Source of the DNA: Oceanithermus desulfurans
GTDB lineage: Bacteria > Deinococcota > Deinococci > Deinococcales > Marinithermaceae
Length of the DNA: 64,000 nt
NCBI RefSeq assembly: GCF_014201675.1
Contig: NZ_JACHEZ010000010.1
Location: 14,640-78,639 of the forward strand
Direction of reading: 5' to 3'
The translations under genes and the position numbers were made by a program. Under the pieces are notes generated by a model that made no database searches, was not told the origin of the DNA, and worked only from the letters and a program-made list of their open reading frames with translations. Shown piece by piece: positions 36,446-45,393 of this stretch (its first letter is position 1; each line of letters starts with the position of its first letter).

Positions 36446-38566
36446 CTAGCCCCCGAGCCACAACAGCGCCAGGCGGTAGACCCCCCAGGCCAGCACCCAG
36501 GCGAGGATCAGCTCGTAGACCACCGCGACCGCGGCCCAGAAGCGCCCGAACTCGTTCTTGAGCGCGGTCACCGTGGCCACGCAGGGCGTGTAGAGCAGCA
36601 CGTAGACCATGTAGGCCAGCGCCGCCGCCGGGGCCGCCGACGCCCGCAGCGCCGCCTGCAACGCGGTGGGCGCGTCCGGCGGCGGCGGGGCCAACTGCGG
36701 CAGGCCGAAGAGCGCGGGCACCGCCCCCAGCGTGGTGAGAAGCGAGGCCCAGAAGGTGGCCAGGATCTGCCCCAGGCCCTGCGCCAACCCCAGCGCGGTG
36801 GTGGGCTCGGCCCCCAGGTAGCTGACCGCGAGGGTGCCCACGACCACCTCCTTGGCCACGAAGCCGGGGATGAGCGCCCCCAAGAGCCGCCAGTCGCCGA
36901 TGCCCAGGGGCGCGAAGAGGGGGGCCAGCCAGCCGGCCACGCGCGCGTAGAGGCTGCCCTCAAGGTCGCCGGGCGGCAGGTTGAGCAGCAGCCAGACGAA
37001 GAGCACCGCCAGCAGGATGGGACCGCCGGCGCCCTCCAGGAAGCTGCGGGTGCGGGCCCAGGCCTGCTTCAGCACCACCTGCATCGTGGGCAGGCGGTAC
37101 GGCGGCAGCTCCATGAGGCCGCTGCTCGCCGGCTGCCCCGCGGCCCGGCCCAGCAACCAGGCGGTGAGCAGGCCCACGACCATCCCCAGCAGGTAGAGGC
37201 CGAAGACCACCCAGGCCGCGTACCGGGGGAAGAAGACCGCGGCGAAGAGGGTAAAGACGACGAGCCGCGCGCTGCAGCTCATGAAGGGGATGGCGAGCCC
37301 GACGCGCAGGCGGTCAAAGCGTCCGGTGAGGATACGGGTGCTGTAGACGGCCGGCACGTTGCAGCCGAAACCGAGGATCAGCGGGATGAAGGCCCGGCCC
37401 GGCAGCCCCGCGAGCAGCATCATCTTGTCGGCGATGAAGGCCGCGCGGGCAAGGAAGCCGCTCGTCTCCAGGAAGGCGAGGGCCACGTAGAGGAAGAAGA
37501 GGACCGGGGCGAAGCTGATCACCGTCCCCACCCCGCCCACGAGGCCGTCGGCGAAGAACGAGGCGACGAGGGGCGGCAGCGGCAGGGCGGCGATCCAGCC
37601 GGCCAGGACCTCCTGCACCGCGCCGATGAAGTCCACCCAGGGCGTCGAAAAGAGGAAGGTGAAGCGGAACGCCAGCAGCATGCCCAGCAGGAAGATGGGC
37701 CCGCCCAACAGCGGGTGCAGCACCCAGCGGTCCACGCGGTCGGTGAGCGTCAGGCGCGGCTCCGACCCCAGCAGCGCGTCCTGCGCCAGCTCGTGCGCCC
37801 GCACGTAGCGGGCGTTTTCGATCTCGAGGTAGGGGTCGATGCCGACGCGCTCGAGCTCGCCGCGCAGCTGCCGCGCCAGCTCGAGCAGCTCGCCGTCCAG
37901 CTCGATCGGCACCTCCTCGCCCGCCAGCAGGGCGAGGGCGATCCAGCGCCCCGCGGGGTGGCGGATCCGCTTGGCGAGCCGCACCGCCGCGCGGTCCAGC
38001 TCTCCGGGGTAGCGCAGGCGCAGCTCGGGGACGCGCGCCCGCTCCAGCGCCGCGAGCAGCTCGTCCGTGCCGCGCCCGCGGCTGGCGACGAGCGGCACCA
38101 CCGGTACCCCCAGCGCCCGCTCCAGCGCCGCCGGGTCCAGGGTGTACCCCTTGGCCTCGGCCTCGTCCATGAGGTTCAGGGCCACCACCATGGGCAGCCC
38201 CAGCTCGGTCAGCTCGAGGGTGAGGTGCAAGTTGCGCTCGAGGTTGCCCGCGTCCACGACGTTGACCACCACGTCGGGCGGATGGGCCAGCAGCTCGCGG
38301 GCGGCCAGCGCCTCCTCCGGGGTGGTGGGGTTCAGGCTGTACGCCCCGGGCAGGTCGACGAGGCGGACCGTGCCCCCGGGAAGCCGCAGCTGCGCCTCCA
38401 GGCGGTCCACGGTGGTGCCCGGCCAGTTGCCCACCTTGAGGTTGGAGCCCGCGAGGGCGTTGATGAGCGTGGTCTTGCCGGTGTTGGGGTTGCCCACGGT
38501 GACGACCCGCATCCCGTCGGTCCGCAGGGCCGTGGCCACCGCTCCTTGGCATTCGGGACAACCCAC
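36446..38566 (-). CDS. feoB: Ferrous iron transporter FeoB (N-terminal G-protein domain + membrane permease)
   Basis: 'VVTVGNPNTGKTTLINALAG' G1, 'DLPGAYSL' G3, 'NLMDEAE' G4, followed by a large polytopic domain; 706 aa. Confidence 0.92.
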   Translation of the reverse strand: MGCPECQGAVATALRTDGMRVVTVGNPNTGKTTLINALAGSNLKVGNWPGTTVDRLEAQLRLPGGTVRLVDLPGAYSLNPTTPEEALAARELLAHPPDVVVNVVDAGNLERNLHLTLELTELGLPMVVALNLMDEAEAKGYTLDPAALERALGVPVVPLVASRGRGTDELLAALERARVPELRLRYPGELDRAAVRLAKRIRHPAGRWIALALLAGEEVPIELDGELLELARQLRGELERVGIDPYLEIENARYVRAHELAQDALLGSEPRLTLTDRVDRWVLHPLLGGPIFLLGMLLAFRFTFLFSTPWVDFIGAVQEVLAGWIAALPLPPLVASFFADGLVGGVGTVISFAPVLFFLYVALAFLETSGFLARAAFIADKMMLLAGLPGRAFIPLILGFGCNVPAVYSTRILTGRFDRLRVGLAIPFMSCSARLVVFTLFAAVFFPRYAAWVVFGLYLLGMVVGLLTAWLLGRAAGQPASSGLMELPPYRLPTMQVVLKQAWARTRSFLEGAGGPILLAVLFVWLLLNLPPGDLEGSLYARVAGWLAPLFAPLGIGDWRLLGALIPGFVAKEVVVGTLAVSYLGAEPTTALGLAQGLGQILATFWASLLTTLGAVPALFGLPQLAPPPPDAPTALQAALRASAAPAAALAYMVYVLLYTPCVATVTALKNEFGRFWAAVAVVYELILAWVLAWGVYRLALLWLGG

Positions 38567-38568
38567 GC

Positions 38569-38793
38569 CTACTCCTCCAGCTCCACACCCGCCGCCTCGG
38601 CGTGGCGGATGGCGATCAGGGTATCGCCCACGGCGATCTCCATGGGGTCGCCCAGGGGGGCCCGGCGCACCACGCGGACTTCCGCCCCCGGCCGCACCCC
38701 GAGCGCCAGCAAGCGCCGCCGGAGCAGCGGCGGCGTACGCAGCGCGCGGATGCGCGCGGGGGTGTCTTCGGGCAGGTCGGATAGGCGTCGCAT
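38569..38793 (-). CDS. feoA: FeoA family protein
   Basis: 74 aa, SH3-like 'RIRALRTPPLLRRRLLALGVRPGAEVRV...GDPMEIAVGDTLIAIR'. Confidence 0.85.
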   Translation of the reverse strand: MRRLSDLPEDTPARIRALRTPPLLRRRLLALGVRPGAEVRVVRRAPLGDPMEIAVGDTLIAIRHAEAAGVELEE

Positions 38794-38858
38794 CGTTCCA
38801 ACGGCATTCTAGTCCCGGGGGCTGAATCCCGTCAATGCCGGTCGGATTTCTTGGATTT

Positions 38859-38877
38859 GAGAATGCGAATCGTTATC
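38859..38877. promoter_or_regulatory. Fur-box-like palindrome GAGAATGCGAATCGTTATC (15/19 to GATAATGATAATCATTATC) upstream of a TTGACG-18-TAGAAT promoter for feoABC
   Basis: Read directly from the intergenic region and compared with the canonical Fur box. The -35/-10 hexamers lie at about 38830-35 and 38806-11 on the minus strand. Confidence 0.45.
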
Positions 38878-39634
38878 GCTTAGCGGAGCGCGGCGGCGGT
38901 TCGTCCTCCTCCGGACCGAAGGCCGCCCGGTCCAGGGCCCCCAGCTCGGAGGCGCTGAGCTCGCGCCAGGTCCCCGGCTTCTGCCCGCCCAGCCGGATCG
39001 GACCCATCTTCACCCGCACCAGGCGCTCGACGGGGTAGCCGATGGCGGCCATCATGTAGCGCACCTCGCGCTTCTTGCCCTCGGTCAGGGTGATGACGGC
39101 GCCGCCCTCCTTGGGCCGGGCCTTGAGCGCCTGCACGCGCACGCCCGACTTGAGGGTCACGCCCCGCTCCAGCTTGCGCAGCAGGTCGGAGGGCGGCGTG
39201 CCCTTCCGGCTCCAGACGCGGTAGACCTTCTTGACCCCGTAGCGCGGGTGGGTGAGGCGCTGGGTGAGCGCGCCGTCGTTGGTGAAGAGCAACAGCCCCT
39301 CCGAGTCGCGGTCGAGCCGCCCCACCGGGTGCAGGCCGGGCAGCTCGGGCAGCAGCTCGTAGACCGTGGGCGCGCCCGAGCGGCTGGTGCGGGTGGTCTC
39401 GTAGCCCTTGGGCTTGTGCAGCGCGAGGACGACCCGGCGCTCGGGCAGCTCGGCCTTGCGACCGCCGACGCGCACCTCGTCGCCGGGGTGCACCCGCGCC
39501 CCCAGCCGGGCCACCGCGCCGTTCACGGTCACCCGGCCGCCGCGGATCAGCTCCTCGGCCTTGCGGCGGCTGGGGGCGGCCCCGGCGAGGACCAGGTACT
39601 TTTGCAGGCGCAGGCCTTCTTCCATCCTTCCCAT
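38873..39634 (-). CDS. Pseudouridine synthase, RsuA/RluB family (S4 domain + catalytic domain)
   Basis: 'LRLQKYLVLAGAAPSRRKAEELIRGGRVTVNG' S4 domain. 'HPVGRLDRDSEGLLLFTNDG' is the catalytic-Asp motif. Confidence 0.85.
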   Translation of the reverse strand: MGRMEEGLRLQKYLVLAGAAPSRRKAEELIRGGRVTVNGAVARLGARVHPGDEVRVGGRKAELPERRVVLALHKPKGYETTRTSRSGAPTVYELLPELPGLHPVGRLDRDSEGLLLFTNDGALTQRLTHPRYGVKKVYRVWSRKGTPPSDLLRKLERGVTLKSGVRVQALKARPKEGGAVITLTEGKKREVRYMMAAIGYPVERLVRVKMGPIRLGGQKPGTWRELSASELGALDRAAFGPEEDEPPPRSAKR

Positions 39635-39684
39635 TCTGCCCTAGATTTCGCTTTTTGAACAGCAGTAGACTGAGGGAGGAAACC

Positions 39685-40683
39685 ATGAAAACCTGGCCCG
39701 GCAAGGTGGCAACGGCGCTTTGGACCCTGGCGGCGGGGCTCTGGGCCTACTGGGGCGCCGCCGAGTACTTTTTCGAGGCCTACGGCGTGCCCGACGCGCC
39801 CGGCTGGGCCTACCTGGTGCCGGCCGCCGCGCTCTGGCTCTTGGGCCTCGTCGCGCTGGCGTGGCCGCGCGCGGGCGGGACGCTGCTGGCGCTCGCGGGC
39901 CTAGCCTTCACGCTCTGGTGGTGGGGGCTGATGATCGCCCGCGGGCTTTTCGGCTGGGAGCAGGCGCTGGCCACCGCCCCGGTCAGCCTGGCGCTGGTGC
40001 TCGTGGGGTTGCTGTGGTGGCTGGAGGGGCGCGTCCGCGGCCCCAGGCCCCGCACCCGCTTCCTTCCCCTGGCGCTGCCGCCGGCAGTCGTGCTGGGGGC
40101 CGCCCTCTTCTACCTGCCCTACGTCAGCGGCCGCACCCCCGCGAGTCCCGGCCCCTGGCGGGTGACGACGGCTGCGGGGGAGCTCGAGTGGGCCCCTGCG
40201 GGACCGGGGTGGAACCTGCGCCTGGGCCCGCGCTTCCCCTCCTGGGCCGAGCTGGCCGCCTACGGCCGCGAGCCGCGGGGCCTCGGCGAAAAGCCGGGGC
40301 CTTACGATCCGGCCGCCGAGGGGCTGTGCGCCTACCTGGACGCCAGCGGCACCCGGCTGCTGGACGAGCCCGCGCACGTCTGGCGGCTGCCCACCCGCGC
40401 CGAGGTGGTGGCCTCGCTGGTGCGCGGCGGCGCCCTCGCGGGCTGCCGCTACCCCGGGGGCGAGCAGGCCACCTGCGAGCGGATTCCCAACAAGGAGGGG
40501 CCCCTGTGGGACCCGGCGGCCCCCGCGGTCTACTACTGGACGGCGGAGACCACCGCGGAGGGGGACGAAGCCTGGTACGTGCCCTACAGCGGCGGCCTGC
40601 GCTACGGCGGCCGCATCGCCAGCCAGCCGCTCACCTGGGGCAACCCGCGCCACGGCTACCGCTGCGTGCGGCGGCTGCGGTGA
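39685..40683 (+). CDS. Membrane-anchored protein with C-terminal DUF1566 (Lcl C-terminal)-like domain
   Basis: N-terminal Trp-rich TM segments. C-terminal 'HVWRLPTRAEVVASLV' resembles the DUF1566 WRLPT motif. Confidence 0.5.
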   Translation: MKTWPGKVATALWTLAAGLWAYWGAAEYFFEAYGVPDAPGWAYLVPAAALWLLGLVALAWPRAGGTLLALAGLAFTLWWWGLMIARGLFGWEQALATAPVSLALVLVGLLWWLEGRVRGPRPRTRFLPLALPPAVVLGAALFYLPYVSGRTPASPGPWRVTTAAGELEWAPAGPGWNLRLGPRFPSWAELAAYGREPRGLGEKPGPYDPAAEGLCAYLDASGTRLLDEPAHVWRLPTRAEVVASLVRGGALAGCRYPGGEQATCERIPNKEGPLWDPAAPAVYYWTAETTAEGDEAWYVPYSGGLRYGGRIASQPLTWGNPRHGYRCVRRLR

Positions 40684-40698
40684 TACAATCCGTGTGCT

Positions 40699-41634
40699 GT
40701 GGCCGTCTACGCCGTCTACAAACCCCTGGGCGCCACCTCACACGACGTCGTCGAGACGGCGCGCCGGGTGCTGGCCACCAAGAAGGTGGGGCACACCGGC
40801 ACCCTCGACCCGCTGGCCACCGGCGTGCTGGTGCTGGCCACGGGCTCGCACACCAAGCTCGTGCCCTTCCTGAGCGGCGAGGACAAAGAGTACCTGGCCT
40901 GGATCAGCTTCGGCGGCAGCACCCCCACCCTCGACGCCGAGGGGCCGCTCCAGCCCGCGACCCCCTGGACGCCCGACGAGGCGGCCCTGAAGCGGGCGCT
41001 GGCAAGGTTCCTGGAACTCGAGGAGCAGGTGCCCCCCGCCTTCTCGGCGGTCAAGGTGGGCGGGGTCAAGGCCTACGAGGCGGCGCGGCGTGGCGAGGCG
41101 CTGGCGCTCGAGCCCCGTCCGGTGCGCTACCACCAGGTGGAGCTGCTGGCGCTGCAGGAACGCCCCGAACCGCTACGCATCGCTCCGGGCGCCGAGGGCT
41201 GGCGGCCCGACCCCCGGGGCCGGCCGGTGGAGCTGCCGCCCGAGCTCGCCCCCCTGCCCACCGCGGTGGTGCGGCTGGTGGTGGGGTCGGGCACCTACGT
41301 GCGCGCCTTCGCCCGCGACCTTGGTGAGGCGCTGGGCACCGGCGCCTTCCTGAGCGGCCTGGTTCGGACGCGCGTGGGGCGGGTGGTGCTCGAGCAGACC
41401 GTACCCGCCGAGACGCTCGCCCAGGCGCGCCCCCTGGCCGCGGCCGAGGTGCTGCCCTTCCCCGCGGTCGAACTCGACCACACCGAGGTGCGCCGGGTGC
41501 TCCAGGGCGTGCCCCTGCCCATCCCCGCCCGCGGCCTGGTCGCGCTTACCGACCGTCAGGGCCGGCTCGTGGCCGTGGCCGAGGGCGACGGCTTCAAGCT
41601 CAAGGTGCGCCGCGTCTTCCGGCCCGAGGACTAA
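40699..41634 (+). CDS. truB: tRNA pseudouridine(55) synthase
   Basis: 'KPLGATSHDVVETARRVLATKKVGHTGTLDPLATGVLVLATG' is the TruB catalytic-Asp motif; 311 aa. Confidence 0.92.
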   Translation: MAVYAVYKPLGATSHDVVETARRVLATKKVGHTGTLDPLATGVLVLATGSHTKLVPFLSGEDKEYLAWISFGGSTPTLDAEGPLQPATPWTPDEAALKRALARFLELEEQVPPAFSAVKVGGVKAYEAARRGEALALEPRPVRYHQVELLALQERPEPLRIAPGAEGWRPDPRGRPVELPPELAPLPTAVVRLVVGSGTYVRAFARDLGEALGTGAFLSGLVRTRVGRVVLEQTVPAETLAQARPLAAAEVLPFPAVELDHTEVRRVLQGVPLPIPARGLVALTDRQGRLVAVAEGDGFKLKVRRVFRPED

Positions 41635-42173
41635 CCCGCCCACTCCTCGCGTAAAAGCCCCCAGACCACGCGGTCGTCGCAAAACTCGTGGGCGCAGAGC
41701 GCCCGCCGCAGCACCGCCTCGCGGGTGAAGCCCAGCCGTTCGGGAATCTTGCAGCTCGCGGTGTTGCCGGAGGCGCAGTGGATCTCGATCCGGTCCACCG
41801 GGAAGTGCGCGAAGGCGAGGTCCACCAGGCGCCGCACCGCCCGCGTCATCAGGCCCCGCCCCGTGGCCTCACGGGCGAGCCAGTAGCCGACCGAGGCCAC
41901 CCGGTTCACCGCATCCACGCGGTTCAGGCCCAGCACCCCCGCAGCCCGCCCCTCGTAAAACAGGGTGAGCGTGATCGCCCGCTCCTCGGCCAGTTCGCGC
42001 AGCTGGTTCTTCAGGAAGGCGCGGGTGTACGCGGCGTCCCGGGTGGCGTCCACGAAGGGCAGCCAGCGGCGCAGGTGCTCGCGGTTGCGGTCGATGAGCT
42101 CGAAAAGGGCTTCGGCGTGTTGGGGCACGGCCAGGGCCAGCTCGAGCCCCTCCCCCAGGTCTTCGCGCAGCAT
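41631..42173 (-). CDS. GNAT family N-acetyltransferase (RimJ/RimL-like)
   Basis: 'VGYWLAREATGRGLMTRAVRRLVDLAF' is acetyl-CoA-binding motif A. Confidence 0.8.
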   Translation of the reverse strand: MLREDLGEGLELALAVPQHAEALFELIDRNREHLRRWLPFVDATRDAAYTRAFLKNQLRELAEERAITLTLFYEGRAAGVLGLNRVDAVNRVASVGYWLAREATGRGLMTRAVRRLVDLAFAHFPVDRIEIHCASGNTASCKIPERLGFTREAVLRRALCAHEFCDDRVVWGLLREEWAG

Positions 42174-42306
42174 GTTTCATTGTACGCGGCCCGCGCGGCG
42201 CCCGCCCGACCTCGCCGTGAACCCCGCACCTCCAAGGCCTGCGCATCTTCCGGACGCGCGGATGGACGGGGGCGACATCATTGTGATATCATCTTGATAC
42301 TAGGAG

Positions 42307-43197
42307 GTGCAGATGAAACAGATTGCCGAGAAACCGGCGTTCAAGATCAACGGCTTCGCCATGCTGCTGGTGGCCCTGGCGCTGCTTGTCTTCAGCGGCT
42401 GGGAGGGCTGGCGCTTCTTCGCACAGCTCACCCTGCGCACGGACTGGGGCGCGCTGGCGTGGAGCACCCTCGCCCTGATCGCCTTCCTCCTCTTCGTACC
42501 GGGTTTCTTCACCGTCCAGCCCAACCGGGCCAAGGTGCTCATCTTTTTCGGCAAGTACACCGGCAGCGTGCGCGACGACGGCTTCTGGTGGGCCAACCCC
42601 TTCACCAGCAAGGTGGCCGTCAGCCTGCGGGTGCGCAACTTCAACTCCGACGTGCTCAAGGTCAACGACAAGCACGGCAACCCCATCGAGATCGGCACCG
42701 TGGTGGTCTGGCAGGTGGTGGACACGGCCAAGGCCGTCTTCGACGTGGACGACTACGAGGAGTTCGTGCGGGTGCAGGTGGAGACGGCCATCCGGGCGCT
42801 GGCGAGCCGCTACCCCTACGACGCCGAGGAACACGAGCTCTCGCTGCGGGGCAGCCCCGACGAGGTGGCGAAGGCCCTCACCGACGAGGTGCAGGAACGG
42901 CTCAAGGTGGCCGGGGTGAGGGTGCTCGAGGCCCGCATCAGCCACCTCGCCTACGCACCGGAGATCGCCCAGGCGATGCTGCGCCGGCAGCAGGCCCAGG
43001 CCATCATCTCGGCGCGGCGCCTCATCGTCGACGCCGCGGTGGGGATGGTGCAGCAGGCGCTCGAACACCTGGAACGCGAAAACGTGGTCGCCCTCGACGA
43101 GGAGAAGAAGGCCGCCATGGTCAACAACCTGATGGTCGTCCTCACCGGCGACCAGGCGGCGAGCCCGATCATTAACACCGGGACGCTGTACGGGTAG
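42307..43197 (+). CDS. SPFH/band 7 (stomatin/prohibitin-like) membrane protein
   Basis: N-terminal TM, then an SPFH domain ('RVRNFNSDVLKVNDKHGNPIEIGTVVVWQVVD') and a coiled-coil C-terminus. Confidence 0.8.
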   Translation: MQMKQIAEKPAFKINGFAMLLVALALLVFSGWEGWRFFAQLTLRTDWGALAWSTLALIAFLLFVPGFFTVQPNRAKVLIFFGKYTGSVRDDGFWWANPFTSKVAVSLRVRNFNSDVLKVNDKHGNPIEIGTVVVWQVVDTAKAVFDVDDYEEFVRVQVETAIRALASRYPYDAEEHELSLRGSPDEVAKALTDEVQERLKVAGVRVLEARISHLAYAPEIAQAMLRRQQAQAIISARRLIVDAAVGMVQQALEHLERENVVALDEEKKAAMVNNLMVVLTGDQAASPIINTGTLYG

Positions 43198-43228
43198 AAA
43201 ATGAGGCAAGAGCGTCGGGATAATAAAC

Positions 43229-43302
43229 GCCTGTGGCCTGTAGCCTGTGGCCTGTGGAGATCCACGCGCGCAACCACGTGCTACAAGCCACAAGCTACAG
43301 GC
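43229..43302. repeat. Palindromic REP/MITE-like element: arms GCCTGTGGCCTGTAGCCTGTGGCCTGTGG and CTACAAGCCACAAGCTACAGGC around a 23-nt spacer
   Basis: About 19 of 22 arm positions can pair. The same CCACAGGC/TACAGGC motif family recurs at 49241-49401 and 49795-49823. Confidence 0.65.
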
Positions 43303-43313
43303 TGCCTTTAGCC

Positions 43314-43496
43314 ATGAAAAAACGCTTCCTCCTCCGGCTCGATCCCAAGGTGTACGATGCCCTCGCCAAGTGGGCGGCCGACGACCTGCGCAGCGTCAAC
43401 GCCCAAATCGAGTACCTGCTCACCAAGGCGCTGAAGGAAGCGGGCCGCCTCCCACGGGAGGAGGAGCGCAGGGAGACGCAAGGTGAAGACGTTTGA
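43314..43496 (+). CDS. Arc-family ribbon-helix-helix DNA-binding protein
   Basis: 60 aa. '[40 protein letters not shown]' is a classic Arc/MetJ RHH. Its stop overlaps the next gene's GTG. Confidence 0.7.
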   Translation: MKKRFLLRLDPKVYDALAKWAADDLRSVNAQIEYLLTKALKEAGRLPREEERRETQGEDV

Positions 43497-44004
43497 CCCC
43501 GACCTCGACACCGCCGGTCGGCCGCTGCGCGCCGCCGGCCTGCTCCTCATGGGGGCCGCCCTGGCCTACTACGCCTACGGCACGGCCGCAGGGCTGCCGC
43601 TCGGACGGGCGCTGGTGGCGCTGTGGGTCTTTCTGATCGTGGCCTTCTTCGTGGGGTTGCTTTGGTGGATGCCGGCGCGGCTGCGGTACCGGCTCTCGGA
43701 CCGGGACCTGGAGATCCAGCACTTCCTGGGCCGCCGCCGCATCCAGCTCGAGAACCTGCGCGAGGTCCACGAGGTAACCTTCGCGCTGGGCCGCCGCAGC
43801 GGCAGCGCCGCGCTGCCGGGGTACTACGTGGGGCGGTTCCAGAGCAACCTGGGCCGCCTCACCGCCTACACCGGCCGGGCCGCGGGCGAGGGGGTCCTGC
43901 TCGTGCTCCACACCGGCGAGCAGGTGCTGCTCGCCCCCAAGCGGGCCCGGCTGATGCTGGCGCAGCTGCGCAGCGCGCTCCCCGAGGGCGCCGAGGAGGC
44001 CTGA
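43483..44004 (+). CDS. Membrane protein with bacterial PH (bPH_2/DUF304-like) domain
   Basis: Two N-terminal TM helices, then '[27 protein letters not shown]', the typical YdbS/YdbT-type PH-domain beginning; 173 aa. Overlaps the CPBP start (ATGA). Confidence 0.55.
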   Translation: MKTFDPDLDTAGRPLRAAGLLLMGAALAYYAYGTAAGLPLGRALVALWVFLIVAFFVGLLWWMPARLRYRLSDRDLEIQHFLGRRRIQLENLREVHEVTFALGRRSGSAALPGYYVGRFQSNLGRLTAYTGRAAGEGVLLVLHTGEQVLLAPKRARLMLAQLRSALPEGAEEA

Positions 44005-44858
44005 TGAACCAAGCCGACCGAGCCGTAACCGTAACCATCGTCCTCAGCTGGCTGTTGTTCGCGGTCTACTACACGCAGGTGGGGACGCTGAACAGCCCCT
44101 GGTTCCTGGGGTTCAGCCTGGTCTACATGTGGATCCCGGGAATCGTCGCTCTGGTGCTCGCCCGGCGCGAGGGGCTGCGCCTCCGCCTCTGGGCGCGACC
44201 CAACCGCTGGTGGCTGGCCGCCTGGCTGCTGCCGGTGCTCTTCAGCCTGGCCAGCATCGCCGCCAGCCTGCCCCTCGACGAGTACGTAGGGCTTGCCCAA
44301 GTCCGCGAGGCGATCGCGGCCCGGAGCGGAGCCGAGGCGGCGAGCCTGCCCGAGTGGGCCTTGTGGACGGCGCTGATCGTCCAGGCGCTGCTGGCCGGCG
44401 CGACGATCAACCTGCTCTTCGCGCTGGGCGAAGAGCTGATGTGGCGCGGCTACCTCTGGGAGCGCACCCGCGAGCTGGGGTTCTGGCCCGCCTCGCTCTA
44501 CATCGGCGTGGTCTGGGGTGCCTGGCACGCGCCGCTCGTTTACTTCCTGGGCTACAACTACCCCGACCACCGCTTCCTGGGGGTCTTCTTCATGGTGGTC
44601 TTCGCGGTGCTGCTCACCCCCTGGATGCTCTACCTGCGCGATAAAGGCGGGGCGGTCGCGGTGCCGGCCCTCTTCCACGGCACCCTGAACGCCGTGGCCG
44701 GCCTGCCCTTGCTCGTTTTCGCGGGCAGCGCCGACCCCCTAAACCGCACGAACGACCTGCTCGTGGGCCTTACCGGTCTGGGCGGCTTCGTGGTGCTGGC
44801 GCTGGCAAACCTCTACCTGAGGCGCCTGGTGCCGCCGGATCGGGAAAGCGCAGGCTGA
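44004..44858 (+). CDS. CPBP family intramembrane glutamic endopeptidase (CAAX protease / Abi family)
   Basis: 'LFALGEELMWRGYL', 'FWPASLYIGVVWGAWH' and 'ALFHGTLN' are CPBP motifs 1-3. Confidence 0.85.
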   Translation: MNQADRAVTVTIVLSWLLFAVYYTQVGTLNSPWFLGFSLVYMWIPGIVALVLARREGLRLRLWARPNRWWLAAWLLPVLFSLASIAASLPLDEYVGLAQVREAIAARSGAEAASLPEWALWTALIVQALLAGATINLLFALGEELMWRGYLWERTRELGFWPASLYIGVVWGAWHAPLVYFLGYNYPDHRFLGVFFMVVFAVLLTPWMLYLRDKGGAVAVPALFHGTLNAVAGLPLLVFAGSADPLNRTNDLLVGLTGLGGFVVLALANLYLRRLVPPDRESAG

Positions 44859-44868
44859 ACAGCGGTCT

Positions 44869-45393
44869 TCACAGCTCCGGGAGTCTGCTGTTAATATCTT
44901 TTAATTCCGAGTAAAATTTTTTTGCTTTCTCTAGTCGCTCCGGTGTTGCTTTACGAGGCTTACGACGACTGGTTTCCTCCCAAGGGTCTTCGTACCCCTC
45001 TTCTTTTTTTAAATACAATGCTGTCGCCGCCAATTCTAGCGTGATGGAGTCTGTTTCATTCATTTTCTTTAGCAGTAAGTTTTGCTCATCAGCTTCGGTC
45101 GCATCATCAAGTGTCTTTTTAACTATTTCATATATTGAATATTTTCTCTTTCCATCAGCTGTTAGAGATTCAGTATGTTTGACTATACCCATTGCTGTTG
45201 CTATTTCAATGTGATTTGACAGATCTTCGCTGTATGGCCCATAGTGGAAGTATACATAGTCATAACCCATATCGATTCCGGCCGCCTCCATGATATAAAC
45301 CATTTTCTGAAGCCTAGTTTTACCTACGACTCTCCCACCTGCCTTCTCTATAATTGATACCACCTTCTTAGGGCTGATCACGGGTTTAATCAT
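44869..45393 (-). CDS. Panacea-domain (DUF4065, SocA/GepA-like) protein; putative antitoxin/immunity partner of the upstream HD protein
   Basis: 174 aa in the AT-rich island. 'GKTRLQKMVYIMEAAG...YVYFHYGPYSEDL' matches the Panacea 'T.LKLQKLLYYAQ...YGPV.PE.Y' core. Overlaps the HD gene by 4 nt (ATGA). Confidence 0.55.
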   Translation of the reverse strand: MIKPVISPKKVVSIIEKAGGRVVGKTRLQKMVYIMEAAGIDMGYDYVYFHYGPYSEDLSNHIEIATAMGIVKHTESLTADGKRKYSIYEIVKKTLDDATEADEQNLLLKKMNETDSITLELAATALYLKKEEGYEDPWEETSRRKPRKATPERLEKAKKFYSELKDINSRLPEL

